Source: Sedimentisphaeraceae bacterium JB056
GTDB lineage: Bacteria > Planctomycetota > Phycisphaerae > Sedimentisphaerales > Sedimentisphaeraceae
DNA length: 64,000 nt
Assembly: GCA_044440125.1 (NCBI GenBank)
Contig: JBITAJ010000031.1
Span: forward strand, 28,225-92,224
Direction of reading: 5' to 3'
In this document: one piece after another, positions 9,447-20,000 of the stretch
Position numbering within the stretch: the first letter of the stretch is position 1
Layout of the letters: every line of letters starts with the position of its first letter
Notes under the pieces: generated by a model
What the model was told of the DNA's origin: nothing
The model's database searches: none
What the model saw: only the letters and a program-made list of their open reading frames with translations
Position numbers and translations under genes: made by a program

Positions 9447-12400
9447 CTATTCTTGAGAATAATAAAGACTTAATATCGTAAGATCCTCCAGATCAACAAT
9501 ACCGTCACCTCCATATTTTGAGATATCACAGGAATTACCTACCCCACCGGCAAGCCAGTTAACAGCGAAAAGCATAAGATCGTCAGTATCGACTGCTCCG
9601 CTTTCATTAAAATCACCAGGCAGAAAATCTTCTTGCCAACTAAGCATAGGGCTGTACCCATCTTTTATCTTCCACATGCCCTGAGCGGAGAAATCCCACC
9701 CAGCCGCAATGTATACATCAGAGCTTTTCAACTGATCATTATTTAAAGCCCAAGCCACTCCGCTGCCGGTCAAATCGACTGAGGCATCGTAGAAACAATT
9801 CGAAATATTACTGGAATAATCGTAGTAAACAAAAGGAGCAAGGTCCCCTTCGCCTTTAATATCACCTGAGACAAGGCATCGGTTAATCACCGCACTGTCT
9901 GCGACAATCCCAACCAGACCTCCCCCAACTACTGAAGCGTTAACATCACACAGAGAATAGCAGTCCTCAATAACGGCTGCCGGACCGCTGAGACCTCCAG
10001 CGATTCCACCGACCTGTGAAGCACCGCTGACAGAGCCTGTCGCAAAGCAGCCGCTGATTGTCCCAAAGCACCACCCTGAAAAAGAGCCCGCAAAATTACC
10101 GCCGGAGCTGTCAACATCAATATTATACAAACCGAGATTCTGCACTACAGCTCCGGAACCGATAGCACCAAACAATCCTGCATAATCACCGCCATTGGTC
10201 ATTATATTCAGATTGCGTATCTCTTTGCCATTGCCATCAAACTTACCATTAAAAGGCTCGTTGGCGGAAGTACCTATTGGTGACATTGCCGTACCGGACA
10301 TATCAATATGATTCGACAGAAAGAAAAAGCTGTCCCAATCATCAGGCGTCTCTGAAAGGGCAACCAAATCGCCCGCAACTTCAATAACATAAGGCGATTC
10401 AACAGTTCCGATGCCTCCGCTGTATTTACCGGAACCAATACTTAATAAAATAGAGACAGAAAATATATTGTTGTAAACGGCATTTAAGTTGAATTGTGTA
10501 CCAACCCCATCGCTGCCTGTAGTCACCACTCCATCTGTTGATACAACTGCATAACTGCTATCGGCAGACCACTTCACTTTATCCGTAATATCTGATTGAG
10601 AACCATCAGAAAAGACGGCATTGCAAGTAAAGGAAGTTTGAGAATCAAGCGTAATATCTGCCTGTCCGCTAATGCTTAATGACTTGATATAAGAATTGCT
10701 GTTGTATTGCATCACCGGCATCTCAAGCCTGCCGGGATCATAGACCTGCGTAGTTTGTTCATCGCTTGCCAATGCTAATGGGTATACGTATTGATAACAT
10801 TCTTCCGCAGAGACAAACCCGTCACCATCAGTGTCGCCAGCGCCTTTAAGAGCCTCGAGCAGATAGTATGTGAAAGTTCCATGAGCAAAAGCGGCAGATT
10901 CCCAGCTAAGCTCATCATAGTCACTGGCGGTAAGTACTATTCCTCTGCCGTTATCGTCAAGGTCTTTTGTTGAAATCACAGACTTATATATATCATCGGC
11001 AAAACCATCGCCTTTTAACGTCAGAGATTTACCAATACCTTTGACGCTGTAAGAGGTATCTGAAGACTTTATCATGCCGCCAGAAAAACAACTGTCAATA
11101 AGCACGATGTAATTATCCGTAGGCAGTTGATTAATCCAGTTACCAAAATCATCATCACTGATATTGGTATTATAAGCAACCAGGCATTCATCTTCTCCAT
11201 CAGTCTCATCGTATGGATATGAGTCGTTACGAGTTGTTCCGTGGCCGGAATAGAAGAACAAACATACATCATCGCTGTCGCTTGCAGCAGCCATCGCCAG
11301 TATCGAATTACGGATGGCATCATAAGTAGCCTCATCATCAAGTAGCATCGTGATATTTTCTTCTTTCCATAACGGATCTTTGAGCAGTTGATTTCTAAGC
11401 CCAACCGCATCATTAACCGTATAGCTCAAATCGTTTAGAGTACCGGAATAATCTGCAATACCACAAATAACCGCATAATATTCAACTGTTGTTTCAGGAG
11501 CCGTCATATTCCTGACAACTACTTCTTTGTCATCTGTTTTATCTTCGTAAGAAGCGGTAACAGTCAGCGTAGTATCAGCATCAACCTGACCGGAATAAAA
11601 CGTATCAACACTATCAAACCATCCCCAAGACCCACTGCTCTGCCAATCAGCATCCACAATCATATTCTTGTAATAACTGCCTGCCAGACATATAAATTCT
11701 GCAATAGAATCTTCATAAACAAAATCAGGGCCAACGGCAAAAATATCTATACTCCCGATTGAAACCCTGACGGAATACGACAGAATAGAACTGTTGCCAT
11801 AGTAACACTCAACACCTACTGTATAAGTACCAGCAGGCAAAGTTGTGGCAATCTTTGAGAGATAATACCCTGATACTCCGGAATCAGGATTATCATCATT
11901 AGAATCAATCATCGTTTTATTCGAATCATAAAGAGTAATTATAGTATCAGTATCGCTTCCTATCTCTGTGGAATTCGTTTCTATTTCCACGTATTCCTCT
12001 TGGTAAAGCGTAAATGTTATATAATCATTTTCACCGGCAGGATTGATAGCTCTTATGACAGGCGTCCCGTCTGCTGTGATCTGAGTGATATTCGAATACA
12101 AAGAGTCTGACTCATAAATATCATTGTAACTCATGCTCATTGATGTTATGGATACGCCGGATGTATTATCTACTCTCTTCGAATAATTCCCGTAAGGATC
12201 CGCATAGTCAGCACACTCCTGAGCCGTTATTGTGCCATTATTGTTGGCATCTCCATAACCGCTTAAAGCCTCAAGCGTCAGGTAGGCAAACGGACTGTTT
12301 TTAGCGTATTGATATGCAGGATCATCAAGATATTCATAGTAAGATACGACAGTAAACCCCTCGGCATTGCTGCCGGCATATTGAACCGGCACGAGCGAAA

Positions 12401-12836
12401 CCTCCAAATTGCTGGTCTCCGGCAATCCCATATCGATAAATATCCCATAAGTGCCGTAAGGCATGTAACCAAAAGCTGATGATAACTCACTGAAGGTTAT
12501 TCTGGAATCCCAGGTATTTATCGCACTCGTAGCAGACGAGCCAAAGAAAAAGAACAGGCAGGTATCTTGGGAAGTGGCATTATCAACCATATTACTTATA
12601 GCATTGATTACAGCGGATTTTGTTGCGGAGCTATCCGTTAGAAGCTGAACATTCGAACTGTTCCAGTCTGAGAGAGATGCCAAATGTTTGGCTACGGCTT
12701 TAGCATCTGCACTGCAATAATTGTCTGAAACATTTTGATAATCTGAAATGCCGCAAACAACGGCTTTTTTATCAGCAAGAACAAAAGTACTGAATATCAA
12801 AAATGAAAAGACTGCTATAAGTTGTCTTTTTATCAT
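9447..12836 (-). CDS. Secreted multidomain protein: two peptidase C14 (caspase-like) domains, PPC/Ig-like domains, GLUG repeats, dockerin-like C-terminus
   Basis: Signal peptide; second domain has FFYSGHG and LIDSCFSG; FNGKFDGNG..I.NL and YAGLFG GLUG signatures; GDFNESGAVDTDDL...GDGIVDLEDL tail. Confidence 0.85.
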   Translation of the reverse strand: MIKRQLIAVFSFLIFSTFVLADKKAVVCGISDYQNVSDNYCSADAKAVAKHLASLSDWNSSNVQLLTDSSATKSAVINAISNMVDNATSQDTCLFFFFGSSATSAINTWDSRITFSELSSAFGYMPYGTYGIFIDMGLPETSNLEVSLVPVQYAGSNAEGFTVVSYYEYLDDPAYQYAKNSPFAYLTLEALSGYGDANNNGTITAQECADYADPYGNYSKRVDNTSGVSITSMSMSYNDIYESDSLYSNITQITADGTPVIRAINPAGENDYITFTLYQEEYVEIETNSTEIGSDTDTIITLYDSNKTMIDSNDDNPDSGVSGYYLSKIATTLPAGTYTVGVECYYGNSSILSYSVRVSIGSIDIFAVGPDFVYEDSIAEFICLAGSYYKNMIVDADWQSSGSWGWFDSVDTFYSGQVDADTTLTVTASYEDKTDDKEVVVRNMTAPETTVEYYAVICGIADYSGTLNDLSYTVNDAVGLRNQLLKDPLWKEENITMLLDDEATYDAIRNSILAMAAASDSDDVCLFFYSGHGTTRNDSYPYDETDGEDECLVAYNTNISDDDFGNWINQLPTDNYIVLIDSCFSGGMIKSSDTSYSVKGIGKSLTLKGDGFADDIYKSVISTKDLDDNGRGIVLTASDYDELSWESAAFAHGTFTYYLLEALKGAGDTDGDGFVSAEECYQYVYPLALASDEQTTQVYDPGRLEMPVMQYNSNSYIKSLSISGQADITLDSQTSFTCNAVFSDGSQSDITDKVKWSADSSYAVVSTDGVVTTGSDGVGTQFNLNAVYNNIFSVSILLSIGSGKYSGGIGTVESPYVIEVAGDLVALSETPDDWDSFFFLSNHIDMSGTAMSPIGTSANEPFNGKFDGNGKEIRNLNIMTNGGDYAGLFGAIGSGAVVQNLGLYNIDVDSSGGNFAGSFSGWCFGTISGCFATGSVSGASQVGGIAGGLSGPAAVIEDCYSLCDVNASVVGGGLVGIVADSAVINRCLVSGDIKGEGDLAPFVYYDYSSNISNCFYDASVDLTGSGVAWALNNDQLKSSDVYIAAGWDFSAQGMWKIKDGYSPMLSWQEDFLPGDFNESGAVDTDDLMLFAVNWLAGGVGNSCDISKYGGDGIVDLEDLTILSLYYSQE

Positions 12837-12879
12837 AAAATCGTTTAATTGTTTAAGGTTTCGTTAGAAAAGACTTTGA

Positions 12880-15108
12880 CTAACTTTGCTTTTGTGCTTC
12901 TTCTGTTGCCGGAGGTGTAGCAGCCTGAACTGCCGGTTTGGCATTAGCTTCTGGTGACTTAGGTTCAGCAGCAACAGGTTTAGGAGCAGGCTTCCACTCG
13001 GCAACAAGCTTCTGCCAACCTGGTCTTGAATCAGGAATCGCTATTTTTATAAGACCGGTCTTTAAAGCGGCTCCCTCTTTTTCAACTGCCTTTTTGAGAA
13101 CTGCGGCTATCGATCCTGCCGGATCAATATCACCACTGTTAAGGAGCATAGTAACAAGTTTAATCACTGCCTCATTATTATCAACCGCAGTCAAAGCTTC
13201 GATTGCATTTTTAGCATCGTTAACAGCTTCAGATTTACCCGTAGCATCAGAGATCAGCCACACATAAAGTTCTGCAGCCTCTGCCATCTTTGTACGGGAG
13301 ATATAGAAATGGGCAAGAAGCACGGTAGATTTGTACTGGATACCGGCTTTTTTGCGACCTATCTCAAAAATTTCAATCTTCTTGGCATCATCAATATCTA
13401 TACTGTCAATAGTCGTCACAGCCTTATCCACAACAGAGGCATCCTCACGCTGCAGTATTGCGATAACCGCTGCCCAAGCTCCATCGACACCTTGGCGTAC
13501 TTTCTCAGCGAGCCAGGAATAATCTTTACCGCCGCCAACTTCCTTGGCAAGATCTATCACCATTTTTACAATCGAAGCATCAGAATCATTATATATTTGT
13601 TTCTCAACTAACACCTTAAGAGCAACGGCTTTGTCAATATTAATAAATCCCTCAACCGCAGCGGTTCTTATTTCCGGCTGAGTTGAAGATAGTGCCTTAG
13701 TAAATTCCGGCTCAAATATTTTCCTCGCGATGGCTCTGTAATGGAAATCTGCAAGACAAAAACGATTCATCACATTCAGCAATTTGGCTGCAAGTGAATT
13801 ATTTTGCTGGAGTGCTTTAAGATACCGATTATTAACATTCGTTATATATTTTGAAGCAACAGCATCTTCAAGCCCATTCTTCTCAAGCAATTTACGTACA
13901 ACCTCGGCACCTACAACAACCCTCTCTGGATTACTCTCTGCGAGAAATTCACTTGCCTTGTCAAGAACATAAATCCTTGTCTGCGGATCAAGTTTCAATC
14001 CCGAAGAAGGCAGCAGCGCATAATAACAGCTCTCAGCAAGAGCTTCAAGCAAGGCGGTCTGAACTTCTGCAACCTCTTCAGCCTTGAGTTGGGCTAAAAG
14101 TTTGTCTGTAGGATTGGCATCTGCCATGTATACCATGAGCTTGGCTGCTGCAAGCCGAACCGCTGAATCATCATCACTAACTACACTTACTATAGCAGAG
14201 GTCAACTGTTCCGGCAAATCACTGCTGTTGCGCCATAAACCAATCTTTTCAACTGCCCAACGTCTTACCTGGGGAACCTTCTTCTTCAAAGCCTCGATAA
14301 GAAATTCACTTCTTGCGGCAGGTTCATTTTTTGTCTGATAAAGCTGTTCATAAAGGCTTACTATTTCTGAAGTAAGAACCTGCTTTTCCTGGCTTAGCTT
14401 TTGCACTTTTGTTTCCTGAGCAGCAAGTCTGTCCCTAACGATCTCATCAGGACTTTTCTGCTTCAGCTCATTTCTGACATAATTCCAGAGGTCCTTATTG
14501 GTCCCCATTGGAACCCAGCCTTGAAGTGTCTTACCGGCCTGTTCGGCTATGGCAGGATCCTTATCATCAAGCAACGATATCATCTCGGCTATAGCATCTT
14601 TTTCTGAAAGCCTCAACCCTACAGCGAAAATCGCATTCATTCTGGATTGCTGCGAACTCTCTTTGCCGTAAAGAATACCCTCAATTCCAGACTTAATCTG
14701 TTTGTATTCATAATTTGACAATGCGGCAGCGGCCTGATGTGCTATTTCTGGAGCGGTCGTGTCAAGAATCTGTATAAGAGGCTTTATGTACGCCTCAGGA
14801 TATTGAATTTCGTTTTCCCACTGCTGACTCTGACTTATTGCATTACATACAGCTTCTATGGCTTTGATATTTTCAGTATCGTTCAATACATTTATTACTA
14901 TCTTTTTGGCCTCATTATCAGAATCAATCAGTAATTGCTTTGCTGCAACGGCTCTGATCTGATCATCCGATCCGCTTGAAAGCATAGCACGATTTATGAC
15001 CAACTGATCATTCACCGCCGGCTCATCAGCGGAGTAAACAACCTGAGCAAAGCAGATAATCGCTATTAGTAAATATATTATAGATGTTTCGGCAGCTTTT
15101 GTTTTCAT
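12880..15108 (-). CDS. Exported HEAT-repeat protein with Pro/Ala-rich tail
   Basis: Signal peptide; repeated LDDKDPAIAEQA, VRRWAVEKIG, DDDSAVRLAAAK, QPEIRTAAVEG helical units. Confidence 0.8.
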   Translation of the reverse strand: MKTKAAETSIIYLLIAIICFAQVVYSADEPAVNDQLVINRAMLSSGSDDQIRAVAAKQLLIDSDNEAKKIVINVLNDTENIKAIEAVCNAISQSQQWENEIQYPEAYIKPLIQILDTTAPEIAHQAAAALSNYEYKQIKSGIEGILYGKESSQQSRMNAIFAVGLRLSEKDAIAEMISLLDDKDPAIAEQAGKTLQGWVPMGTNKDLWNYVRNELKQKSPDEIVRDRLAAQETKVQKLSQEKQVLTSEIVSLYEQLYQTKNEPAARSEFLIEALKKKVPQVRRWAVEKIGLWRNSSDLPEQLTSAIVSVVSDDDSAVRLAAAKLMVYMADANPTDKLLAQLKAEEVAEVQTALLEALAESCYYALLPSSGLKLDPQTRIYVLDKASEFLAESNPERVVVGAEVVRKLLEKNGLEDAVASKYITNVNNRYLKALQQNNSLAAKLLNVMNRFCLADFHYRAIARKIFEPEFTKALSSTQPEIRTAAVEGFINIDKAVALKVLVEKQIYNDSDASIVKMVIDLAKEVGGGKDYSWLAEKVRQGVDGAWAAVIAILQREDASVVDKAVTTIDSIDIDDAKKIEIFEIGRKKAGIQYKSTVLLAHFYISRTKMAEAAELYVWLISDATGKSEAVNDAKNAIEALTAVDNNEAVIKLVTMLLNSGDIDPAGSIAAVLKKAVEKEGAALKTGLIKIAIPDSRPGWQKLVAEWKPAPKPVAAEPKSPEANAKPAVQAATPPATEEAQKQS

Positions 15109-15337
15109 CTGGTAAAATCAATCTTAAATAATTCGATCCTTGAATCATTAAATATTAAACCGAATAGTACAGACTAACCCAAAACACTCAAATATTCGGA
15201 ATAATTGCACCATTCAATTACCTATATATTAACAATTTATGGCATAAACGTCAAACTCATAAAGTAATATTCACAAAGTTATTAACGATATTTCGGGCGT
15301 TATTATTGCATTTACAATTTATTAGACTAAAATCTGG

Positions 15338-16762
15338 TTGATTTGTTTTAAATATTATGCAGATTTCCTACGAAAGTTTCAAATTTTGCCAGAATCTATA
15401 GAAAAAGTCCCTAATGACAACACTCACAGGCTTGCAGGAGACAAGATATTTCCTCTGCTTATAAAATTCTCACTGCCTGCGACTATCGGCACTGTGCTCA
15501 ATGCCACTTACAACATAACAGACCGAATATTCATTGGAAGGGCTATCGGCGAAGACGGGCTTGCCGCGGCAACCATATCTTTTCCGATGATGATGATAAT
15601 AATAGCTTTCGGAATGATGTTCGGACATGGTTCCTGCGCCTTGATATCAATACGACTTGGTCAGGGAAACAAACCTGAGGCAGAAAAGATACTCGGCCAA
15701 TCATTTGCATTATTCGCAATCCTTTCGGTTTGCTTCACTTTTTTCGGCCTAATTTTCATCGAACCTCTCCTGACACTTTTCGGAGCAAGTCCAAACATAT
15801 TACCTCTGGCTGTAACTTACGCTCGAGTAATACTTTGGGGGATTTTTGCGCATGAAATATCCTTCGGCATAAACAGCCTGATAAGGGGTGAAGGCAATAT
15901 AAAAGCATCCATGGTCACAATGATACTCGGAGCTGTCCTGAATATGATATTGGACCCCATATTCCTGTTTGTACTCGACATGGGGATACGAGGGGCCGCA
16001 ATTGCGACAGTGATCTCGCAAATAATATCAGCAAGCTGGGTTATGTATTATTACCTGAGCAATAAAAGCTTCCTCAGGCTTCAATTCAAAAACATAAAGA
16101 TATATCCAACTCTCGCAAGACAGGTTATAGCAACCGGCTGTCCACCATTTCTGATGAATTCCACTGCCTGCATCACTCAAGCAATAATCTACAACAGTCT
16201 TGGTCACTACGGCGGAGACACCGAAATAGCAGTAATGGGAGTAATATTCACACTTCTCATGCTGACTTTCATGCCCATGATTGGCCTAAATCACGGCACA
16301 CAACCAATAATCGGCTTCAATTATGGTGCAAAGAATTATCAGCGAGTAAGACATACAGCCATACTCACATTAATCATATCAACTGGTATATGCTTATTAA
16401 TGTATCTGGTAATAAATTTAATACCTCAATTACTGTTTATGCCGTTCAGCAGCAATAGCGATTTCATAAATACAGGAGCGGCAGCCCTGCGTAAATTCAT
16501 GTTGCTCATGCCCATGATAGGTACTATTTTCGTGACAACAAATTACTTTCAGGCAATAGCCAGGCCTAAAATTTCCATACTCTTGTCAATGATACGACAA
16601 GTGCTGATATTAGTTCCGGCTGTTCTGATAATGCCTTTATTTCTTGGCGTCAATGGCATATGGTACAGTGGACCAGCTTCCGATTGCGGAGCATTTATTG
16701 CTGCAGTAATACTGATTAGCAGAGAACTTAAAAGACTGAAAGTACTGTCTGAACCAGAATAA
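15338..16762 (+). CDS. MATE family efflux transporter (MepA-like); start uncertain
   Basis: FSLPA, YNITDRIFIG, LIRGEG, NMILDPIF, GAAIATVISQ, QPIIGFNYGAK; many TM helices. Confidence 0.92.
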   Translation: MICFKYYADFLRKFQILPESIEKVPNDNTHRLAGDKIFPLLIKFSLPATIGTVLNATYNITDRIFIGRAIGEDGLAAATISFPMMMIIIAFGMMFGHGSCALISIRLGQGNKPEAEKILGQSFALFAILSVCFTFFGLIFIEPLLTLFGASPNILPLAVTYARVILWGIFAHEISFGINSLIRGEGNIKASMVTMILGAVLNMILDPIFLFVLDMGIRGAAIATVISQIISASWVMYYYLSNKSFLRLQFKNIKIYPTLARQVIATGCPPFLMNSTACITQAIIYNSLGHYGGDTEIAVMGVIFTLLMLTFMPMIGLNHGTQPIIGFNYGAKNYQRVRHTAILTLIISTGICLLMYLVINLIPQLLFMPFSSNSDFINTGAAALRKFMLLMPMIGTIFVTTNYFQAIARPKISILLSMIRQVLILVPAVLIMPLFLGVNGIWYSGPASDCGAFIAAVILISRELKRLKVLSEPE

Positions 16763-17015
16763 AACTTAAAATAAATGCATTAGAGACGAAAATAAACTTT
16801 TGAACAAACAAAGCTCTAATGTAAATACCTTCAAGAACCTTAATTAATCTGTACATTGTCAACATATACAGTCGACATTACTGATCAATCGAACAACCTT
16901 CAAATACAGTGAAATTAAAAAATATAAACCCTTGATTTTAATACTATTATATCGTATTATTGACAATTGTTCTTTGTGTTATGTTTAGCTATTGGGTTTT
17001 ATTTGAGGCATAATA

Positions 17016-20000
17016 TTGTACGATAAGAGGCTCATTCTTATTCTACTTATAATCTTAGTGCTTACACTTGGGCTTAGAATAGCTGATAACCGCGCACAGA
17101 TAGCCCGTGATTTGAAAAAAGAGAATATATTATCTAATTCTATTGACATATCTCTATCGCTTGACATAGAACTTGTTAAGCAGCTTACCTTTTCAAAAGC
17201 AGATATCAACAACCCGGCTTATATTGATATATGCAAACATTTCAAGAAATACAGTAGTATATCAGATTTTGAAGGAATATTCAGCTTCACCATGGTAGAC
17301 GGGAAGCTGGTGTTCGGCCCCGAAAGCTATGATCTGGAAAGCGAACTTGGCAGTCATCCTGGAGATATCTACAAAAACTATCCAAAGGAATATATCGAGC
17401 TGTTTTCCGGCGCAAAACCTTTTATCAAAGATCTTTATACTGATGAATACGGTGAATTCGTAACAGCATTAACGCCACTTCATGATCCTGAAACAGGCAA
17501 AACTCTGATAGTAATAGGAGTTGATATACTTGGCAAAGACTGGAACAAGATAACTGTTGATGCATATAAAGACACGCTTATAATAACTTCGCTTATATTA
17601 TTCGCTATCATAAGTATCTCGATTGCTTCATTAATAAAGAAACGCCAAGTAAACCAGAGCAATAAACTCAAATCCTTAGAAACATACTCTGTTTTACTGG
17701 CAGGCATAATTCTCACTATATGCACAACAATAGTAGTTTACGAATATGAGATATTCCATGTAAAGGAGAAATTCAACAAGTATGCATATAATGATGTTGA
17801 ATTAACCAGAGACTCTTTAGACGATCTTAAAAAAGATGTAAAACTGATAAAAAACTACTTCGACGGAAGTGATTTCGTTTTTCGGAATGAATTTTCAACT
17901 TATGCATCATCTGCAATTAATTCACCGGCAGTAAAAAGCTTAAAGTGGGTTCCAATTGTTTCAAATGATAAAAAGGATGTTTTTATTGAGTACACTCGAC
18001 AGGATGATGCTCCAAATTTTAATATATGGTATTATGCGACCGGCAAAAAAGCGGCTCCTCAAGAGAAAGACTTTTACTATCCGATATGCTATGAAGCCAA
18101 ACCCGATAACAAAAAGGATTTGGAAGGATTTGACATATCAACAATACCCGAAGTCAAATTAGCCATTGAAAAGGCAATAAACACCTCCTACCCTAATATA
18201 ATTGACAGCTCTCTAATATCGGACTCTCTTGATAAAAGTTTTTCGATAATCTGTCCGGTATTCTCAAAAAAACAAGATCAAGACAGCAAATCTGCTTATG
18301 GAATCATAATTATTGATTTTTCTCCTGATGAACTCATAGAGAATGAGACATTTTTCATGCGTTCAAGGAATAACTATACGAGTTCAGGGATTATTGAATT
18401 AGTCGGCGATGAAGCGGAATTTATTTACACCCGTAAATGCTCTGAACATAAAGGTGTAATCAACGCAAAATGGACAAAGGACCAGGAATCATCAAACTAC
18501 AAACTGACGCCACTGTTCCTTTTCGACAGAACTTTTGTGGCACTGTCGCATCCAACAGAAGAATTCTATACAAACTCGCCTACGCATTTGAGCTGGGCTT
18601 CTTTTATAGTTGGATTAATAATAACTGCAATGATTAGCATTTTCGTAGGTATCCTTAGTTCAAAGAAATCTGCTCTCGAGTATCTTGTTGCCATGAGAAC
18701 CAAGGAACTCAGCGAGCAGGAGAAAGACCTTTCTACCACATTAAGCTCTATTGGGGATGCAGTAATAACGACCGATATCAATTCCAAAATAACAAGAATG
18801 AACCCGGTAGCAAACAAGCTTACAGGCTGGAGCAGCGCAGATGCAAAGGGACAAGATGTCAGTAAAGTTTTTAACATAATAAATACTTCAACAAGAAAAC
18901 CTGCTGTAGATGTGGTCAGAAAAGTTCTTGGTCTCGGTATAACATCAAACCTCTCGAACCATACTTCTCTAATATCAAAAGACGGTAAGGAATACCAAAT
19001 AGCGGATAGTGCCGCTCCAATTAAAGATGAGTCCGGACAAATCAAGGGAGCCGTTATAGTATTCCACGATGTAAGTGAGCAATATGAAATTCGCCAGAAA
19101 GCGGAAGAGAGCCGAAGAAGATTCTTGTCTATATTCAATCATTCCATAAATGCTGTTGCACTTCATCGAATGATCTTTGATGCTGATGGCAATCCTACTG
19201 ACTATATCTTTCTTGAAGCGAACCCGGCTTTCGAGAAACATACCGGTATAAAAATTGCAGATGCAATAGGTAAACGCGTAACTGAGCTTCATCCCGGCCC
19301 ACAGACAAAAGAACTTATAGAAAAATATGGCGAAGTAATTAAAACTGGCAAACCGGCTATATTCGATCTCTATTTTAAAGAGTCTGACAGATATTACAGT
19401 GTCAAGGCCTATAAAACAGGAAAAGACTTATTTGCTACAATTTTCCAAAACATAACAGAAAAGAAATTAGCAGAAGATGCACTCATTGAAAGCCAGGAAA
19501 AGTACAAATACCTGATAGACAACATACAGGGTATTTCGTATCACTGTAATTTTGACAAAACCTGGAAAATGAATTTCATAAGCGAGGAAATATCTCGCCT
19601 AACCGGCTATCCGGTGTCTGATTTCATAGACAATTCGGTGAGAACGTTTGAAAGCATAATACACCCCCAAGACAGGCAGATGGTATGGGAAATAATTGAA
19701 GATGCCGTCAGTCATGGCAACAAATTCAAGCTTGAGTATCGTCTCATATGCTCTAATGGTCAAATCGTATGGGTTAGCGAAAGAGGTCAGGCTATTGTAG
19801 AAAACGGCATTCCTGTATCTCTTGACGGCGTGATATTCGATATAACCGACCGCAAAAAAGCAGTCGCAAAACTTGAACAAATAGAATGGATGCTTTCCAA
19901 GGAAGTAATAAGCTCCACAGAAGAGAAAAGCAGCAGAAGCAATAGTAAGGAAATCTGCAAAAAATTCTCAGGAATCGAAGCAAACAGTATAATATTAAAC

